Shown here piece by piece: positions 61,601 through 64,000 of a stretch of DNA of 64,000 nucleotides. Location: assembly GCA_964016885.1 (NCBI GenBank), contig OZ024755.1:44454001-44518000 (forward strand). Reading direction: 5' to 3'. This DNA is from Eledone cirrhosa (Eukaryota). Each line of letters begins with the position of its first letter. Position 1 is the first letter of the stretch. The position numbers and the translations under genes are program-made. The notes under the pieces are model-generated. The model searched no databases and was not told the DNA's origin. It worked only from the letters and a program-made list of their open reading frames with translations.

Positions 61601-64000
61601 GTTGACAGTACCAACATATACTGTGTACCACAGTTGACAGTACCAACATGTACCGTGTACCACAGTTGACAGTACCAACGTATACTGTGTACCACAGTTG
61701 ACAATACCAACATATACTGTGTACCACAGTTGACAGTACCAACATATACTGTGTACCACAGTTGAAAGTACCAACGTATACTGTGTACCACAGTTGACAA
61801 CACCAACATATACTGTGTACCACAGTTGACAGTACCAACATATACTGTATACCACAGTTGACAGTACCAACATATACTGTGTACCACAGTTGACAGTACC
61901 AACATATACTGTGTACCACAGTTGACAGTACCAACATATACTGTATACCAGAGTTGACAGTACCAACATATACTGTGTACCACTGTTGACAGTACCAACA
62001 TATACAGTGTACCACAGTTGACATTACCAACATATACTGTGTACCACAGCTGACAATACCAACATATACTTGTACCTCAGTTGAGAGTACTACCATATAT
62101 TGTGTACCACCGTTGACAATACCAACGTATACTGTGTACCACAGTTGACAGTACCAACGTATACTGTGCACCACAGTTGACAGTACCAACATATACTGTG
62201 TACCACAGTTGACAATACCAACACATATAGTGTACCACAGTTGACAATACCAACACATATAGTGTACCACAGTTGACAGTACCAACGTATACTGTGTACC
62301 ACAGTTGCCAATGCCAACATATAGTGTGTACCACAGTTGAGAGTACCAACATGTACCGTGTACCACAGTTGACAGTACCAACGTATACTGTGTACCACAG
62401 TTGACAGTACCAACGTATACTGTTTACCACAGTTGACAATACCAACATATACTGTGTACCAGAGTTGACAGTACCCACATATACTGTGTACCACAGTTGA
62501 CAGTTCCAACATATAAGGTGTACCACTGTTGATACTACCGACATATACTGTGTAGCACAGTTGACAGTACTAACATATACTGTGTACCACAGTTGAGAGT
62601 ACCACCATATACTGGGTACCACTGTTGACAGTACCAACATATACTGTGTACCACAGTTGACAGTACCAACATATACTGTGTACCATAGTTGACAGTACCA
62701 ACATATCCTGTGTACCTCAGTTGTCAGTACCAACATATACTGTATACCACAGTTGACAGTACCAACATATACTGTGTACTACTGTTGACAGTACCAACAT
62801 ATACCGTGTACCACAGTTGACAGTACCAACATATACTGTGTACCACAGCTGACACTACCAACATATACTTGTACCTCAATTGACAGTACTACCATATATT
62901 GTGTACCACAGTTGACAATACCAACACATATAGTGTACCACAGTTGACAGTACCAACGTATACTGTGTACCACAGTTGCGAATGCCAACATATACTGTGT
63001 ACCACAGTTGAGAGTACCAACATGTACCGTGTACCACAGTTGACACTACCAACGTATACTGTGTACCACAGTTGACAATACCAACATATACTGTGTACCA
63101 CAGTTGACAGTACCAACATATACTGTGTACCACAGTTGAAAGTACCAACGTATACTGTGTACCACAGTTGACAACACCAACATATACTGTGTACCACAGT
63201 TGACAGTACCAACATATACTGTATACCACAGTTGACAGTACCAACATATACTGTGTACCACAGTTGACAGTACCAACATATACTGTGTACCACAGTTGAC
63301 AGTACCAACATATACTGTATACCACAGTTGACAGTACCAACATATACTGTGTACCACTGTTGACAGTACCAACATATACCGTGTACCACAGTTGACAGTA
63401 CCAACATATACTGTGTACCACAGCTGACACTACCAACATATACTTGTACCTCAGTTGACAGTATTACAATATATTGTGTACCACCGTTGACAATACCAAC
63501 GTATACTGTGTACCACAGTTGACAGTACCAACGTATACTGTGCACCACAGTTGACAGTACCAAAATATACTGTGTACCACAGTTGACAATACCAACATAT
63601 ACTGTGTACCACAGTTGACAATACCAACACATATAGTGTACCACAGTTGACAGTACCAACGTATACTGTGTACCACAGTTGCCAATACCAACATATACTG
63701 TGTACCACAGTTGAGAGTACCAACATATACTGTGTACCACAGTTGACAGTACCAACATATACTGTGTACCACAGTTGACAGTACCAACATATACTGTGTA
63801 CCACTGTTGACAGTACCAACATATACCGTGTACCACAGTTGACAGTACCAACATATACTGTGTACCACAGTTGACAGTACCAACATATATTGTGTACCAC
63901 AGTTGCAAGTACCAACATATACTGTGTACCCTAGTTGACAGTACCAACATATCCTGTGTACCTCAGTTGTCAGTACCAACATATACTGTATACCACAGTT
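40612..64000. repeat. Second long-range duplication: ~40612-46192 matches ~58388-64000
   Basis: Offsets of 17776 (41136/58912, 43214/60990) then 17808 (44269/62077, 45643/63451). Shared private variants include atacctacat (42841/~60617), aacctata (~41823/59599) and gttgcaagt (~46094/63902). Confidence 0.92.
46290..55345. repeat. Tandem duplication of a ~4.6-4.8 kb block
   Basis: Offsets of 4636 (46411/51047, 47242/51878) then 4764 (47759/52523, 49799/54563, 50439/55203). The 128-bp step is a four-monomer indel near 47670. Confidence 0.9.

Larger units (their letters stand above)
470..63480. repeat. Variable higher-order repeat (modal about 22 monomers, 703 bp) marked by a 31-bp monomer GCTGACA(C/A)TACCAACATATACTTGTACCTCA
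   Basis: 58 copies of the marker monomer (tca at 501, 1204, 1875, 4306, 7313, 11024, 11663, 11854, 12493 ... 62876, 63451). It is usually followed by the same ordered variants: tactaccatatattg/ccaccg, gtgcacc, aacacatatagtg, gccaatgcc, gagag, gaaag, aacacc, gtatacc, ccactg, ataccg. Spacings are 32n-1 (703, 671, 639, 799, 831, 927, 767, 1279 and others). Confidence 0.9.
1..64000. repeat. 32-bp tandem satellite array, consensus TACCAACATATACTGTGTACCACAGTTGACAG, about 2,001 head-to-tail copies, probably continuing past both window ends
   Basis: The monomer is readable from position 1 (taccaacgtatactgtgtaccacagttgacag) to the last monomer start at 63974. The register fits 2,001 x 32 minus 59 single-base deletions. 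Most monomers differ from consensus by only a few substitutions. No non-repeat sequence or inversion seen. Confidence 0.99.

Noticed and set aside
86-63982. Hundreds of minus-strand ORFs (up to 632 aa) encoding a 32-aa repeat MLVLSTVVHSICWYCQLWYTVYVGTVNCGTQY
   Set aside because: The consensus minus strand has no stop codon and 32 is not a multiple of 3, so all three frames give the same overlapping peptide. Common variants create stops. At a typical marker monomer two of the three frames stop, and marker spacings (703, 671, 639, 799, 767, 1279) fall in all classes mod 3, so no frame is preserved. There are no unique N- or C-terminal domains.
1-64000. CRISPR array (32-bp palindromic repeat)
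   Set aside because: The repeats abut directly with no unique spacers, and there is no leader or cas gene.
1-64000. Plus-strand giant ORF if TGA were recoded (the only stop in the consensus is TGA in GTTGAC)
   Set aside because: There is no evidence for an alternative genetic code or a SECIS element. TAG and TAA variants (catag, cctag, ctaac, gttaac) and 59 frameshifting deletions interrupt it.
1-64000. Telomerase-synthesised telomeric repeat
   Set aside because: There is a mild CA/TG strand bias but no G-runs. Variants are inherited in kb-scale duplicated blocks, which indicates recombinational amplification rather than copying from one RNA template. A subtelomeric or satellite-type telomeric location is not excluded.
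1-64000. Plasmid or phage iterons, integron attC array, diversity-generating retroelement or antigen-variation cassettes
   Set aside because: There is no rep, integrase, reverse transcriptase or cassette sequence. The copy number is far beyond that of iterons, and the variation is neither adenine-specific nor codon-structured.
1-64000. Pure sequencing or rolling-circle concatemer artefact
   Set aside because: Variants are reproduced exactly across distant blocks in a nested hierarchy and indels are almost absent, unlike random read error. Individual large duplications could still be misassembled.
1-64000. Transposon insertions, inversions, tRNA or rRNA genes
   Set aside because: None seen. 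The register arithmetic leaves no room for insertions other than whole-monomer multiples, and the orientation never changes.

Overview
The whole 64 kb window is one uninterrupted, head-to-tail tandem satellite array. The monomer is 32 bp (consensus TACCAACATATACTGTGTACCACAGTTGACAG, 13/32 GC, no CpG), with about 2,001 copies plus a partial one, all in one orientation. I found no unique sequence, spacers, inserted elements, RNA genes or credible protein-coding genes. The many minus-strand ORFs arise because the consensus minus strand has no stop codon. The structure lies in the variants: (i) a dyad ACTGTG-TAC-CACAGT in each monomer, with several double variants that restore pairing; (ii) a recurrent 31-bp monomer marking a variable higher-order repeat (HOR) of about 22 monomers; (iii) nested near-identical duplications from 32 bp to about 16-20 kb; (iv) a more diverged sub-domain. 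This fits eukaryotic satellite DNA, possibly (peri)centromeric or subtelomeric, but organism and function cannot be determined here. Coordinates and counts were read by eye and from the ORF track, so breakpoints are approximate. I do not see a novel gene system.
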